64,000 nucleotides of DNA from an uncultured cyanobacterium. Its GTDB lineage: Bacteria > Cyanobacteriota > Cyanobacteriia > Cyanobacteriales > Xenococcaceae. The translations under genes and the position numbers were made by a program. Each line of letters begins with the position of its first letter. Position 1 is the first letter of the stretch. Below are positions 63,867 to 64,000 of the stretch, piece by piece. The stretch is taken from NCBI GenBank assembly GCA_963724445.1, contig CAVRWR010000029.1:12391-76390 (forward strand), read 5' to 3'. Below the pieces are notes generated by a model. That model did no database searches, was not told the DNA's origin, and saw nothing but the letters and a program-made list of their open reading frames with translations.

Positions 63867-64000
63867 AATAAAAGTTATTTTTACTTCATCGATAAAACTG
63901 CTATAGCTGATTACCAATCTTACTGGTCATCCTACGTGGTTCGACAAGCGGGGGAAACTTCAGCGTCACCCGCGCCCTAACTGTTAATTAAGTATATTCA

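Larger units (their letters stand above)
1..64000. repeat. HIP1 octamer GCGATCGC dispersed across the window
   Basis: Dozens of copies, e.g. 89, 4522, 35133, 37156, 37708, 57801, 57837; none seen inside the AT-rich 35141-37155 segment. Confidence 0.95.

Noticed and set aside
63930-63985. GC-rich stretch with ggttcga resembling a tRNA T-loop
   Set aside because: No cloverleaf can be built; probably a dispersed repeat near the window edge

Overview
Cyanobacterial chromosomal DNA, with the HIP1 octamer GCGATCGC abundant throughout, STRR/REP-type short repeats and marker genes nblA, raf1, narB and sigA; the sequence style suggests a Pleurocapsales-like organism (inference only). Most of the window is core metabolism: galE, ugd and a UDP-glucuronate decarboxylase, rpiA, cofH, nrtP-narB-mobA with an NtcA box, recJ, pdxJ, ctaA, ppgK, ileS, metG, ilvN, lptC and pcrA. 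Several essential or conserved genes are broken by single-base indels, which points to assembly error. The most interesting part is an AT-rich accessory zone downstream of ileS (about 34.9-37.7 kb). It holds a DUF488-DUF488-dual-OB operon (with a QLDLF clamp-like motif), a small coupled two-gene cassette, and a decayed second copy of the ileS 3' end that starts exactly at a HIP1 site. Other gene remnants (CHAT, ABC ATPase) also begin at intact or decayed HIP1 sites, suggesting HIP1-anchored gene accretion. Also noted: a PhyH-like enzyme with an HxG (halogenase-like) motif, a decayed integrase plus nuclease remnant, MITEs, and an in-frame mini-repeat inside ileS. No rRNA, tRNA or CRISPR array was seen.
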